A stretch of DNA of 64,000 nt from a virus. The notes under the pieces were generated by a model that made no database searches, was not told where the DNA came from, and saw nothing but the letters and a program-made list of their open reading frames with translations. Position numbers and translations under genes: made by a program. Where the stretch lies: IMG/VR virus record IMGVR_UViG_3300025073_000448; one strand, 5' to 3'. Positions 27,734 to 38,397 of the stretch are shown here, piece after piece. Each line of letters begins with the position of its first letter. Within the stretch, counting starts at the first letter, position 1.

Positions 27734-28105
27734 ATGAAAGTCTCCTGGTGGCAACTACTCAAGGCGGCGCCCGAGGTCAAGGGCACGGTCGCAACGGTCG
27801 AGGGTAACAAGGACTGGTACAAGTCTCAATCGATCCTTTACCAACTCATCAAGACCGGAGTCACGCTGCTTTCCGCGCTGGGCCTTTATGGCGCGATGAG
27901 CGCGGAGGACATGCAGACCATCAGTACGGCGCTTGCGGTTGCCATCCCGGCCGTGTTGACGCTTTGTGATGGAGTAGCCGCCATCTGGATTCGGTTGCGG
28001 ACCAGCGGGGCCATTACCGGCACGGTTGAGGCTGCAAAGGTTGCCGAGATCGTGGCTGAGCGAAAGGTCGAGAGTTGCGATGCCGAGCAGCAGGGAGACG
28101 GGTGA
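27734..28105 (+). CDS. Putative holin
   Basis: KDWYKSQSI...two TM helices...IWIRLRTSGAI pattern. Confidence 0.65.
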   Translation: MKVSWWQLLKAAPEVKGTVATVEGNKDWYKSQSILYQLIKTGVTLLSALGLYGAMSAEDMQTISTALAVAIPAVLTLCDGVAAIWIRLRTSGAITGTVEAAKVAEIVAERKVESCDAEQQGDG

Positions 28106-28193
28106 TGGCACGGGAAGGGGAATTCTGATTCCAGTTACAAGATATTTTATTCATTCAACATCCAACAAATTTTCTTGCGGGAGAAAATACGAC

Positions 28194-28493
28194 ATGGCCA
28201 GTCAAGAGGGTAGCGGTAGCAATGGCAGCAGCAACAACGAGAATTATGGCAGCTCGGCACCAAACTCCGAACCCAAGGCGGTCTTCCACCTCCAGGCAAA
28301 GCTTTTCACGGACGGCCAGATCTCCGTCACGGGCTTCCCAAACGACCCCAACGCATTCTTCCAGCTCATGGCAGATATCAACCGTGCCGTTGTGAAGCAC
28401 TACATGCAGCAGTGCCGGGAAGGGAAGGATGCCGGGAGCCAGATCATGATCGCGCATCCCAAGATTTTCACGGGGCAGATGGGGAGAGAGTAA
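28194..28493 (+). CDS. Hypothetical protein
   Basis: GGGAG RBS before ATG 28194. Confidence 0.6.
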   Translation: MASQEGSGSNGSSNNENYGSSAPNSEPKAVFHLQAKLFTDGQISVTGFPNDPNAFFQLMADINRAVVKHYMQQCREGKDAGSQIMIAHPKIFTGQMGRE

Positions 28494-28494
28494 C

Positions 28495-29091
28495 ATGTCG
28501 GCGTCAAAAGCTCCTCCTCCCCTTCAAGGCTTGCAGCGTGGATTGCCTGGTGCTGGCGGCGTTGGCGCTGCAATTGGCGTTGATGCGTTGGACGGTCGTG
28601 CAACTGGCGGTGAAACATTGGGCGGCGCCGCAATCCCCCCCGACTCAATCTATCCCTACGGCATCCCGCCTGCACCGGAGCCGCCGCCGGTTGATATCCC
28701 TGCGTCCATAGCCAGGAACAACACGGCCGCCGACAATCTCAAGCAACTCCTCTTCCAGGCATCCCCGGATGTCGTGCTCGCGTTCAGGATCCTCTACTGC
28801 ATCGAGCAGCCCCAGGGCAACTACACGCGAGACTGGGCCATCAACACCGTGCGAGAGATCGCGGCCGGGATGGAAATGGCGAACCTCTTCCTTGCGGCGC
28901 TCGGCGGGAAGCTTTCTCACCATGACAGGGATTTCATCCTTTCCAGGATGCCTCGGAGCGAAAAGGTAGAGATGTCGGGCGAGTTGGGATTGAAGGCCTT
29001 GATTGCAAAGATCGACGGAAAGACCCGGGGACTGCCGGCCGAGAGGGGTGGGTGGCCGGATGAGCATGTTTATGAGGCCGAGAACGGCTAA
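28495..29091 (+). CDS. Candidate terminase small subunit
   Basis: Position upstream of TerL; C-terminal KVEMSGELGLKALIAKIDGKTRGLP typical of TerS tails. Confidence 0.45.
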   Translation: MSASKAPPPLQGLQRGLPGAGGVGAAIGVDALDGRATGGETLGGAAIPPDSIYPYGIPPAPEPPPVDIPASIARNNTAADNLKQLLFQASPDVVLAFRILYCIEQPQGNYTRDWAINTVREIAAGMEMANLFLAALGGKLSHHDRDFILSRMPRSEKVEMSGELGLKALIAKIDGKTRGLPAERGGWPDEHVYEAENG

Positions 29092-29170
29092 GAACGGCTG
29101 AGGGTGAAGCGCGAGAACGACTGACGGTGAAGTGTGGTCTGGTGAACTCCACCAAGAAGGAGAAAAATCC

Positions 29171-29608
29171 ATGGCGACAATGGACCTTAGCGACCTTTCT
29201 GCGGCTGAGCTTCTGACTCTTCTCCTGTGGGGCGAGGCCCGCGGGGAACCTCCCATGGGGAAGCTCGCCGTGGCCCATGTCGTTCTGAATCGTGCCCTTC
29301 ATCCTTCCTGGTGGGGAAACTCTGTAAAAAGCGTGATCCTGAAGCCCAAGCAGTTCTCTTGTTTCAATCCTGGCGACCCCAACCTTCCAGGACTGGAGCG
29401 CATGGTGACCCAAGGCTATTATGACCCGGCATGCCTTGTCGTGGCTCAGCTAGCGCTTGCCGGGGCGACTGTTGATCCGACGAAGGGAGCCACGCATTTC
29501 TGTGCGGTCGGGTGTGATCCAAGCTGGGCGGATGATGCCGAGAAGATGGAGTTTGTCGTGAAGATCAATCGGCACCGGTTTTATAAGGAAAGAAAGAAAG
29601 GGCGGTAA
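29171..29608 (+). CDS. Endolysin, SleB/Hydrolase_2 family cell-wall hydrolase
   Basis: LWGEARGE..GKLAVAHVVLNR...KPKQFSC...DPTKGATHF...HRFY. Confidence 0.9.
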   Translation: MATMDLSDLSAAELLTLLLWGEARGEPPMGKLAVAHVVLNRALHPSWWGNSVKSVILKPKQFSCFNPGDPNLPGLERMVTQGYYDPACLVVAQLALAGATVDPTKGATHFCAVGCDPSWADDAEKMEFVVKINRHRFYKERKKGR

Positions 29609-29611
29609 GGA

Positions 29612-31204
29612 GTGATGCAGGCGACACGGGCGGGATCTTCAATAGCCACATCATCTTCCACCCTTCCAAGCGAGGATTACCCCTTCCAAGAAGAGGAGGC
29701 CCTTGTTTCAAGCCAGTATTGGCGCCTGAATCACCTTTATTACGTCAAGAACGAGGATGGCAAAAAGGTGAGATTCCGCATGAACAAGCGGCAATTTCGC
29801 CTTTTGAAAAATCTTTGGCATAAAAACATTGTCCTGAAGTCCAGACAGCACGGCATAACAACCGCTGTAGATATCTTCTTCTTAGATTGCTGCCTCTTCA
29901 ATTCCTATGTAGAGGCTGGCATTATTGCCCATACCAATGAAGATGTTATAAAAATCTTCACAAACAAAGTCAGGTTTGCTTACGATAATCTGCCGAATCA
30001 GTTCAAGCAGGCCATTAAGCCCTCAAAAACCGAATCTAAAAACGAGCTCCACTTTGAAAACGACTCGTGTATTCGCGTCGGTCGGTCGATGCGAAGTGGG
30101 ACTTTACAATATTTGCACATAAGCGAGTTCGGGGAAATATGTGCCAAACATCCCGATAAAGCTCAAGAAATTGTAACCGGTGCCCTGAACACGGTTCACG
30201 TTGGCCAGATAACCATCATAGAATCTACGGCGAAGGGCCGGGCCGGGTATTTTTACGACTACTCGCAGAAGGCTCTGAATAACCAGCGTCAAGGGAATCG
30301 CCTTACCCAACTCGACTGGAAGATGCACTTCTTTGGATGGCCAGACGATCCCAAGAACGTGCTCTCCGACGAGGATGCGCGTATCGTTCCAGTCCCGCAA
30401 AGCATGATTCAGTATTTCGCCCTGACCGAGATGGCGTGCCCAGGCCTCAAGCTCACGCACAACCAAAAAGCCTGGTACATCAAGAAGAAAGAGGACCTAG
30501 GTGACAAGATCAAATCCGAGTATCCTTCCACACCAGAGGAAGCCTTCGAGCAGCAGATCGAGGGTGCTTTCTGGGCATCTGAGATGGCGAAGGTTCGGTC
30601 GGATGGTAGGATCTGCCGGGTGCCCTATCAGCCTAATTTGCTCGTTGATACCTGGTGGGACTTGGGATCTGGAATCAATGGGTATATGACGATTTGGTTT
30701 ACGCAAAATGTAATCAAGGAAATTCATGTCATTGATTATTACGAGTTTTCCGGAGAAGGTTTTTCTCACTATGTTGATATCTTGCGTCAAAAACAGTATC
30801 GCTATGGTATTCATCATGCTCCACACGACATAGAGGTTCATAACCTGGACGAAACAAGGCGGTCCAGGAAGACAATAGCGGCAGGTCTCGGTCTTCACTT
30901 TGAAACGATTCCAAGAGTAAAAAATAAAGCTGATTCAATTGAAGCCGCCCGCACCATTCTCCCTCTGTGTTGGTTCGATGAACATCGATGCGAGAAGGGC
31001 ATTATCCACTTGGAGAACTACCGAAGAAAGTGGAATGAGCCCATGCAGCAGTATTTGTCTTCCCCCGTTGAAGATGAGCACGCGCACGGGGCCGATGCCT
31101 TCCAGCAACTCGCCATGGGGCACCGATTCGATGTGGCGCTCGGCGGGAGCGGGGCGGAGACGCATGCCGGGGCTTGCAGGCCGTTCAAGGTTGGCAAGAT
31201 GTGA
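29612..31204 (+). CDS. terL: Terminase large subunit
   Basis: IVLKSRQHGITT, LHISEFG, IESTAKG, FFGW, WWDLG, HAPHD, HGADAF. Confidence 0.93.
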   Translation: MMQATRAGSSIATSSSTLPSEDYPFQEEEALVSSQYWRLNHLYYVKNEDGKKVRFRMNKRQFRLLKNLWHKNIVLKSRQHGITTAVDIFFLDCCLFNSYVEAGIIAHTNEDVIKIFTNKVRFAYDNLPNQFKQAIKPSKTESKNELHFENDSCIRVGRSMRSGTLQYLHISEFGEICAKHPDKAQEIVTGALNTVHVGQITIIESTAKGRAGYFYDYSQKALNNQRQGNRLTQLDWKMHFFGWPDDPKNVLSDEDARIVPVPQSMIQYFALTEMACPGLKLTHNQKAWYIKKKEDLGDKIKSEYPSTPEEAFEQQIEGAFWASEMAKVRSDGRICRVPYQPNLLVDTWWDLGSGINGYMTIWFTQNVIKEIHVIDYYEFSGEGFSHYVDILRQKQYRYGIHHAPHDIEVHNLDETRRSRKTIAAGLGLHFETIPRVKNKADSIEAARTILPLCWFDEHRCEKGIIHLENYRRKWNEPMQQYLSSPVEDEHAHGADAFQQLAMGHRFDVALGGSGAETHAGACRPFKVGKM

Positions 31205-31238
31205 TGATTGAAAATATAACTTCGAAGGGGAAATTAAT

Positions 31239-34200
31239 ATGGTAGGCGGTGGAGGACTCCAACAGGGGTGGATGAGGCAACAGGCGGTGCCGGTATTTCA
31301 GGTAGGACAAGCAGCGCCGCAACAAGCCCCTCCCCTTCAAGGCACATCACTACCTTCAAGGTTTCTCTCCCCTTCCCAGCCCTATCCGCCCTACCAGCCA
31401 CCTCCGCCGGCTTCTCTTCCCCCTCAGCCCTACATGCGCCTTATCTCAAATGATGAGCTGGATTATCATTCACGCATGCAAGTTCAGCAGGCCGATGCCG
31501 AGAAGCTCCAAAACCAGCAGCAAATACTTTCCATTGGAACCCACATTCGCACATGCTTCGAGGCCGCGCGAAACGCCAAGCAGCAATCCATCCAGCCCCG
31601 CCTCCTGAAATGCTTGCGGCAGCGCCTCGGGGAATACGAGGCCGACGAGCTCTCCCTCATTCAGTCCCGTGGCGGCTCGGAAGTCTTCATCATGATCACC
31701 AACATCAAATGTCGCGCGCTCGAAAGTTGGTGCCGTGACATCCTTCGCCCGCCAGGAGGGAAACCATTTTCTCTTAACGCGACCCCGATCCCCACGCTTT
31801 CGCCGCAACTAGAGCAGCGCTTGGTTGTCGAGGCTCAGCGCGAGATCCTTGAGGCCGGTGCTCCAATATCCTCCGAAGAGCTGCGGACTCGCATCGAGAA
31901 GATGAAGGAGAAGCTTTCCGCGACCTATGACGAGGAAGGGAAGAAGCGGGCGGACAAGCTCGAAGAGAAGACCGACGATGACTTCAAGGAGGGTGGGTGG
32001 TATTCCGCGCTCGATTCCTTGCTCTATGACATCGCCACTTTCCCCACGGCATTCTTGAAGGGCCCGACGATCCGCAGGAAAGCAAGGATTGTCTGGGACC
32101 ACTCACAAGACTTGATGAACCCGGAAATGCGTGTCGAAAAGAAGCTCGTGAAGGAATATGACCGCGTTTCCCCTTTCGACATCTTCCCTTCACCAGGGGC
32201 CCGGACCTTGCAGGATGGGTATCTCCTGGAGCGGGATTCCATTTCCAGGTCCGAGCTTGCATCCCTCGCCGGGACTCCAGGCTATCACTCCGAGCAGATT
32301 CGGCTTTGCTTGCAGCACTACGGGCGCACCGGTTACCGCGAGTGGGATTACCAGGATCAGGAGCGCGCTCGATTAGAGAGCCGGGAAGAGGAATACACTT
32401 CGGATCCTGAAGGGAAAATGGACTCTTTGATCTTCTGGGGCTCCGTCCAGGGAAGCTTGCTCATCGAATGGGGAATGAGGGAGCATGTAAGTGCCGAGCG
32501 CCGGCCGGGCGCCATGGTCACGAAGGTCGAGCCGATTGAGCCTGAAAGGGAATATCAGGTCTGTGCGCGGGCCGTTGGTCAATATGTCATCAAGGCCATA
32601 GTGAATCCCGACCCGCTTGGGAATCGCCCTTACTATTCCGCCAGCTTCGAAAACGTTCCTGGCTCGATTTGGGGGAAAGCCCTCCCGGAAGTCATGGCTC
32701 CAGAGCAGTATATGTGCAACGCCGCGGCGCGGTCGGTGGTCAATAATATGGGAATGGCGTGCCTGACTGGAGACACTGTTGTATATAGGCATGCGTCCAA
32801 TGGAAGGAAATATTCAGAAGTAACTCTCTTGGAGTTATGGAATAAAAAGAAGCTACACAATAGTGGTTTAAGGAGAATAAAACTTCGATCTCTCGATGAA
32901 GAAAACGGAACATTCATTTCCAATAGGATTGTTGATATTGTTGATAACGGGATAGCTGAAGTATACGAAATAAAAACAGAAAATGGTTATGTTATCAAGG
33001 CCACCGGAAATCACAGATTCATGAGGGATGATGGTGAATGGCAAGAGCTTGATAGCTTTGATGTTGGAGATCTTGTTGCTGTAAATGGACAAGTTGTGCC
33101 ACTTCCTAAAAAATGCATAGAATGTGGCGCCGACACTGCAACAAGAGGTGTTAGATGTCGATCTTGTGCGTCGAAAGCACATAATTCCAAATGGAATCAA
33201 GAACAAATCAGGAAGGCCAGCACAAACAAGGAAGCCAACGAAACCACGGCAAGAGCAAGGCATGAGTGCAAGATAGCAAGAAAGAATTTCTGTGAAGAAT
33301 GTGGAATTAATAATGAAGATAACTTAGATGTTAAATTGGAAGTCCATCACAAAGACAGAGATCCTTTTAACAACACAAAACAGAACCTACAATCTCTTTG
33401 CTCAAAATGTCATCATTCATTGCATGCATTCGAAGATAGCTTAGGGAATCCATACCTTCATAAATATTTAAGCTATGACAGAATTGTGTCGATAGATTTT
33501 GTTGGAAAAGAAAGAGTTTTTGACCTTTGTATGACTGGTCCCAACCACAACTTTGTTGCGAATGGATTTGTCTCTCACAACTCGGGACCGCAGGTTGCCA
33601 TAACCGATGCCTCGCGGCTCATGCCCGGCGAGAAATCAGACGAGTTTTCCCCCTGGAAGGTGTGGCAGTTCAAGCGGGACCCAAATGGGGGAAGCGCCAT
33701 CCCTATTCAGTTCTTCTCGCCAAACCCCATGACCGACATGCTCTTAAAAGTTTACGACTACTGGGCCAAGCAGGCGGGAGAGAGCACGGGGATACCGAAT
33801 TACGTGTACGGCATGTCGGAGAGCTCCGGGGCTGCTCGTACCGCCACGGGACTCAGCATGCTGATGAACGCCGCCGGGAAGGGGATAAAGTCCGTAATTT
33901 TCCACATTGACGACGGGATCACGGTGCCGTCGGTTAGACAGCACGCCTACCATGTCATGCTCTACGATTCAGACTCGACCCTGAAAGGGGATGTGTTCGT
34001 TGTCCCGCGTGGCAGTACGGCGCTCATAGTTGAGGAGCAGCGGCAGATCCGGCTGAACGAGTTCATGTCGTTGGCATTGAGGTCTCCGATCATCCTTGAA
34101 ATCCTTGGGAAGCCTGCGATGGCAGAGCTTGTGCGGAGTGCGGTGGAGAGCCTGGATATTGATCTTTCTGGGTTGATCCCGGATGAGGATGCGGTCGTTG

Positions 34201-34496
34201 CCGAGCAGGAGCAGCAGAAGGTGGTGGCCATGCTTGGCGTGCTTTCGGAGCGGCTCGGGATTCCCATGGAGGTCATGGCTCAGGCGCTGATGGAGGCCGG
34301 GCAGGGGCAGGGCGGCGGACAAGGTGGCGCGGGCGGTGGCAACGTCAGACAGTCCCCTCCCCTTCAAGGCGGAAACGGAGCGGCCGGCCCACCAATAATC
34401 GCACCGCAGCAGATGAATCAGGCTGGTGTTCGTGGAGGCGGGGCTGACTTCCAGGCAATGATGGCCCGTGCCGGAAATGGTGGGGGGGTGCAATAA
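31239..34496 (+). CDS. Portal protein interrupted by an intein
   Basis: Follows TerL; FLKGP, VSPFDIFPSPGA, FWGKAL-like and SGPQV...PWKVWQ portal motifs around the intein. Confidence 0.88.
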   Translation: MVGGGGLQQGWMRQQAVPVFQVGQAAPQQAPPLQGTSLPSRFLSPSQPYPPYQPPPPASLPPQPYMRLISNDELDYHSRMQVQQADAEKLQNQQQILSIGTHIRTCFEAARNAKQQSIQPRLLKCLRQRLGEYEADELSLIQSRGGSEVFIMITNIKCRALESWCRDILRPPGGKPFSLNATPIPTLSPQLEQRLVVEAQREILEAGAPISSEELRTRIEKMKEKLSATYDEEGKKRADKLEEKTDDDFKEGGWYSALDSLLYDIATFPTAFLKGPTIRRKARIVWDHSQDLMNPEMRVEKKLVKEYDRVSPFDIFPSPGARTLQDGYLLERDSISRSELASLAGTPGYHSEQIRLCLQHYGRTGYREWDYQDQERARLESREEEYTSDPEGKMDSLIFWGSVQGSLLIEWGMREHVSAERRPGAMVTKVEPIEPEREYQVCARAVGQYVIKAIVNPDPLGNRPYYSASFENVPGSIWGKALPEVMAPEQYMCNAAARSVVNNMGMACLTGDTVVYRHASNGRKYSEVTLLELWNKKKLHNSGLRRIKLRSLDEENGTFISNRIVDIVDNGIAEVYEIKTENGYVIKATGNHRFMRDDGEWQELDSFDVGDLVAVNGQVVPLPKKCIECGADTATRGVRCRSCASKAHNSKWNQEQIRKASTNKEANETTARARHECKIARKNFCEECGINNEDNLDVKLEVHHKDRDPFNNTKQNLQSLCSKCHHSLHAFEDSLGNPYLHKYLSYDRIVSIDFVGKERVFDLCMTGPNHNFVANGFVSHNSGPQVAITDASRLMPGEKSDEFSPWKVWQFKRDPNGGSAIPIQFFSPNPMTDMLLKVYDYWAKQAGESTGIPNYVYGMSESSGAARTATGLSMLMNAAGKGIKSVIFHIDDGITVPSVRQHAYHVMLYDSDSTLKGDVFVVPRGSTALIVEEQRQIRLNEFMSLALRSPIILEILGKPAMAELVRSAVESLDIDLSGLIPDEDAVVAEQEQQKVVAMLGVLSERLGIPMEVMAQALMEAGQGQGGGQGGAGGGNVRQSPPLQGGNGAAGPPIIAPQQMNQAGVRGGGADFQAMMARAGNGGGVQ
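32760..33581 (+). mobile_element. Intein (274 aa) carrying an HNH homing endonuclease
   Basis: Begins CLTGDT, ends HNFVANGFVSHN followed by Ser; internal CEECG...EVHHKDRDPFNN...NLQSLCSKCHHSLH; AT-rich. Confidence 0.92.
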
Positions 34497-34789
34497 TGAC
34501 CATGGCAAATGCAGCAACGATAACCCCCTCTCTTTATTTTCTCGAGCAACTCAATCCCGAGAAGGAAGAAGACCGGCGCGTGCTGCTGGCGATCTCCAAG
34601 CTATCCCAAGACCAGCAATTCAAAACCATCCTTCAATGGGAGCAGCGGCTTTACCGGGAAATGGCAATGCAATGCGTGGAGTGCAGCGGGGACGCCCTGG
34701 TGAGGTCTCAGGGGGCCGCTCGCATTCTTTCGGATATTTTGACGGCGAAACTTACGGCACTTGACGTGCTCCAGGGAAAAGGGAGATAG
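34496..34789 (+). CDS. Hypothetical head-module protein
   Basis: TAATG-coupled to the portal; RSQGAARIL motif. Confidence 0.7.
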   Translation: MTMANAATITPSLYFLEQLNPEKEEDRRVLLAISKLSQDQQFKTILQWEQRLYREMAMQCVECSGDALVRSQGAARILSDILTAKLTALDVLQGKGR

Positions 34790-34793
34790 GGCG

Positions 34794-35312
34794 ATGAAGA
34801 GAACAAAGGCTATCAAGACGAAGGCAAGCATGGCGAAGAAAAGAAGGTCCTCACCCTTCAAGGCAATTCCTGTGGGATTTTCAATCTTGGCCTCCATTCT
34901 CATCTTCATGGCATTCTTCGTGCTCCCGTCAGTCTCTCATGCCGTGGATTGCGCTCTCACTCCATTCACTCATGGCCACACCACGCGCTATGCAATAGCC
35001 TGGACATCGGACGGAGCTGGAGCTTACGCATGCACCACTACCATTCCCCTTCTTGGCCGCATTGACCAGTTCATCACAGATCCATCTGCTGATGCTCTCG
35101 CTCCGGATGCAGCTTATGACATTTCCCTTTCCGGGGCCGCTACGGGAATCGACCTTGATGGCGGGAGCCTGGACAATCGAAGCGCCACCGCGACCGAGGC
35201 GGCGCTGCCCGTGCTGGGAGAATTGTGGATTTTCGAGAAGGTTACGGTGGCCGTTAGTGCTGCCGGGGCCGCGAACGGCGGGGTGATCTACATTGATGTT
35301 GAGAGGCCATAG
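34794..35312 (+). CDS. Hypothetical protein with predicted signal peptide
   Basis: Basic N-terminus, hydrophobic core, SHA cleavage motif. Confidence 0.7.
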   Translation: MKRTKAIKTKASMAKKRRSSPFKAIPVGFSILASILIFMAFFVLPSVSHAVDCALTPFTHGHTTRYAIAWTSDGAGAYACTTTIPLLGRIDQFITDPSADALAPDAAYDISLSGAATGIDLDGGSLDNRSATATEAALPVLGELWIFEKVTVAVSAAGAANGGVIYIDVERP

Positions 35313-35352
35313 GAAGAACGGCCGCAGAAAGAGAAGTCAGCAAAGGAGTTGC

Positions 35353-38346
35353 ATGGGCATGAAATCATATAAATATTTGTTGTTTACATTTTTTATCGCA
35401 TGCTTTTTTGTCGTGTCATTTCATCTTCCTTGCTCTCATGCCGCGCGAGGCCGCATCCTCCTTTCTGAGCCTGATGGAAGTCCCAGCAAGAAGCCTGTTT
35501 ATGAGATCCAGGTCCCAAACGGTACGCTTACCGAAGCTGCCGGGATCGGGAGTATCGCTGTGGAACCTGCACAGACTCCTGCATCACAAGTCGAGGCCGA
35601 AGCAGGGACCGAAGCTGGCTTGAGATCGTGGTCGCCAGTGCGTATCTGGCAAGCTATTCTTGCGGCCACCGGCTGGACTTCAGACGGAACCACTACCAGC
35701 ACAACGCAGGACACTGGACGCATTTCGTATGTTCGGACAGAAGCGGCATTGATCGCGGCAAATGCCGATTCCGGCGTTAAAAAGATAACTCCGATGCTGC
35801 CGTACACATTGACGGCTCCGTTTGTGTTGGCTTCCGGGAAGACGTATGCTCCGCTTCCTGGGGCTATCGTCACGACATCTGCAGTGAACACATTTGACCT
35901 TTCAGCCGGGCACCTGGAGGACAACGGCGGGAAGATGTTTTCGAGTCTGCCTGGAGAGGTATTTGGATTATCCGAAGCACCTATTGAATCGTGGGGGGCT
36001 CTCCCAAATAGTGCCAGCTATGCGACACAAAATACTAATGCTTTTAAGTGCGCCCTATATAGCATGACTTATTATATCGGAGCCACTAAATATATTGGGG
36101 GGGTGTTGAATGTTGGTATAGGAGATTTTTATATTGACGATGAAATAACTGCTGATCCATCAGTTTACTACATTGGCAGCATTAATGGACAAGGAAGATC
36201 ATCTTCTATAATTCAAACAAATGCTGCAAAGTCCATATTTAATTTTCAAAAAGCTTATCGTATATCACTTAGTAATTTAATGCTTTCCGGTGGAATATCC
36301 GGCTTAATAGTTAACGGGACCAATGTGGATGAAAATGTTTCATCAATAGATGGTGTGCATTTTAGTGGTCAGACAAGTATATCACTTGATGCACAATCTG
36401 GTTTCACGTCAAGTGAGTTAAACGTTAAAAATTGTACGTTCTCTGGTGCTGCAACCTTTATATCCACTTATTGTGATTATACAAATATATTGCAGTCTTG
36501 GGCGTCAACCACTGGAGATGTTCCAGTATTCATTAACCACGGTGGAACTATCACAATCAAGAATCTAGTGGGTGTCCCGACTAACAGTGGAAGTAATTCT
36601 TGTTGGGTTCGTAATTACAACCATGCGTATCTTGAAAACAATAGATTTGGAAGTGAAGATGGGCGCGGCAGGACGGTTTTAGAGCAAATGGGAACAGGTG
36701 CAAGCATAAATGTTACAGCTATCAATAATTATTGTCCTGTCAACGATTATGCTTATAAGTTTTACGAACTACCGGCGCATTTAACTTTGAATGGCAATTA
36801 TGGCTATGATAATCTTGGGGAAGCCTATTGCAAGGGTATATGGGTGGATGCTTCTGCTAGTGCCACTAATGATCCTTCGGACTATGTTTTACGCGACAGG
36901 ATAGTGTTGAGATGGGTGTACTCAGCCGGTCAATCGACAACATTAACGTCTAAAATATTTGCATTGGGAGAAGCGGAAAAAATAAATATTCAATCTCCTA
37001 TTATAGAATTCTCTGATCTTGTGTCTTCATTTACCTCTCTTGCAATGCCAGAAAAAGCAGACAGCAATGTTAATATTACTGTCGGTACAGCGGCATACCC
37101 ACCGTTGGGTGGTGCCGTGCTTACTACTCTTACCGCTACTGACGATTCTGCTAGTTGGGCAACAAACCGTAATGATGTTGTGTCCAATCATGGCACCGCA
37201 GGAAACGCATATACGTGGGTGATTGATCTTGTAGTTACCGGAAATTCTGTTCCACCATACATGACTTGTTACATTCAAGGGCAATATAAACGTTTTGCTC
37301 TTAGGTCTGGTGTTAATATTCTATCCATTGTAGCATTGGAACCAAATCCACAAGAAGGATGGGAAATTGCCTTTTCTCAAATCACTTCTGGAACCGTGAT
37401 AGCCATAGGAAGAATAAGACAATTTCTCGGAATAAAAAATATAGAAACTGTGCATACGGTGTTCACTGATTCAAGCACAAATTCACCTACTTCAGATGCT
37501 TACCACCGATATGATCTTGGGGATAGGGTGAATTACACGAATCCAGTCAGTGCTGGCAAAATAGGCGCAATTGTAACAACCGCAGGGGACAACGGTGGAG
37601 AAGCATGGAAAACATGGGGACTTATCGACATCCAAATTGCCTCAAACACCGAGGCAGCCGCAGCTTCAAGTACGTCCGTGGCTTTAGTTCCTGGTAACAC
37701 TTACGGGACATTCACGGGGTCAACAGTCAGAGATGACCCCAAGCTCCCGGAAGCGTTTCAGGATCTTGAGACTGCGGTGGAGACCAAGGCTCCGCGCCTC
37801 ATGGATACCATTATTCTGACCGCACCATCCGGCGTTCACACCACAACCGATGACAGTGCGACGCTGATCCATGCCGACGATTCAAGCGCCACCTCTGCAA
37901 AAGTTGGTATGATGCTCTACAACGTCACAGATACATCAAGCTGCACGGTTACAGCCTCGACAGCCACCGGAGCAACCTGCACTCTTGCAGGTGGGACCGA
38001 CAACAACTGGGACATCAACGACGTCTATCAGTTCGGGCCTGGACCTGCTCAGTCCGGTTCGGTTTTCCATGCTTCCGTTGCCGGCACGATTCGGCATCCT
38101 GCAACTGCGAACTATTTTGCGTGTTACCGGACTGATGCTGCTGCCGTGTTGACCGTTGATATGGTGTCTGACGCGATGCAATTCAACGGTGATGTGGGCG
38201 GGTCATACTCGGCGGGTATTGGGGCCGGGGACTGCATAGATTCACCAGCGACGGCAGGGAGTTATATGTGCCTTCACAACCGATCCTCCACGGTAGCAGA
38301 TGGACTCAATTATAGAAACCAATGGGAGGACGGCGGGGCCAGCTAA
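35353..38346 (+). CDS. Tailspike/tail fibre with beta-helix-like central module and predicted signal peptide
   Basis: ASQVEAEAGTE fibre motif, WGA...NTNAFKCA, Asn/Ser/Gly-rich AT-rich core; N-terminus MGMKSYKYLLFTFFIACFFVVSFHLPCSHA. Confidence 0.7.
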   Translation: MGMKSYKYLLFTFFIACFFVVSFHLPCSHAARGRILLSEPDGSPSKKPVYEIQVPNGTLTEAAGIGSIAVEPAQTPASQVEAEAGTEAGLRSWSPVRIWQAILAATGWTSDGTTTSTTQDTGRISYVRTEAALIAANADSGVKKITPMLPYTLTAPFVLASGKTYAPLPGAIVTTSAVNTFDLSAGHLEDNGGKMFSSLPGEVFGLSEAPIESWGALPNSASYATQNTNAFKCALYSMTYYIGATKYIGGVLNVGIGDFYIDDEITADPSVYYIGSINGQGRSSSIIQTNAAKSIFNFQKAYRISLSNLMLSGGISGLIVNGTNVDENVSSIDGVHFSGQTSISLDAQSGFTSSELNVKNCTFSGAATFISTYCDYTNILQSWASTTGDVPVFINHGGTITIKNLVGVPTNSGSNSCWVRNYNHAYLENNRFGSEDGRGRTVLEQMGTGASINVTAINNYCPVNDYAYKFYELPAHLTLNGNYGYDNLGEAYCKGIWVDASASATNDPSDYVLRDRIVLRWVYSAGQSTTLTSKIFALGEAEKINIQSPIIEFSDLVSSFTSLAMPEKADSNVNITVGTAAYPPLGGAVLTTLTATDDSASWATNRNDVVSNHGTAGNAYTWVIDLVVTGNSVPPYMTCYIQGQYKRFALRSGVNILSIVALEPNPQEGWEIAFSQITSGTVIAIGRIRQFLGIKNIETVHTVFTDSSTNSPTSDAYHRYDLGDRVNYTNPVSAGKIGAIVTTAGDNGGEAWKTWGLIDIQIASNTEAAAASSTSVALVPGNTYGTFTGSTVRDDPKLPEAFQDLETAVETKAPRLMDTIILTAPSGVHTTTDDSATLIHADDSSATSAKVGMMLYNVTDTSSCTVTASTATGATCTLAGGTDNNWDINDVYQFGPGPAQSGSVFHASVAGTIRHPATANYFACYRTDAAAVLTVDMVSDAMQFNGDVGGSYSAGIGAGDCIDSPATAGSYMCLHNRSSTVADGLNYRNQWEDGGAS

Positions 38347-38397
38347 GGAGACGGTTGGGTGGGTGCGTTGATATTTTGTTGGAGCGGAGAAGGATTG

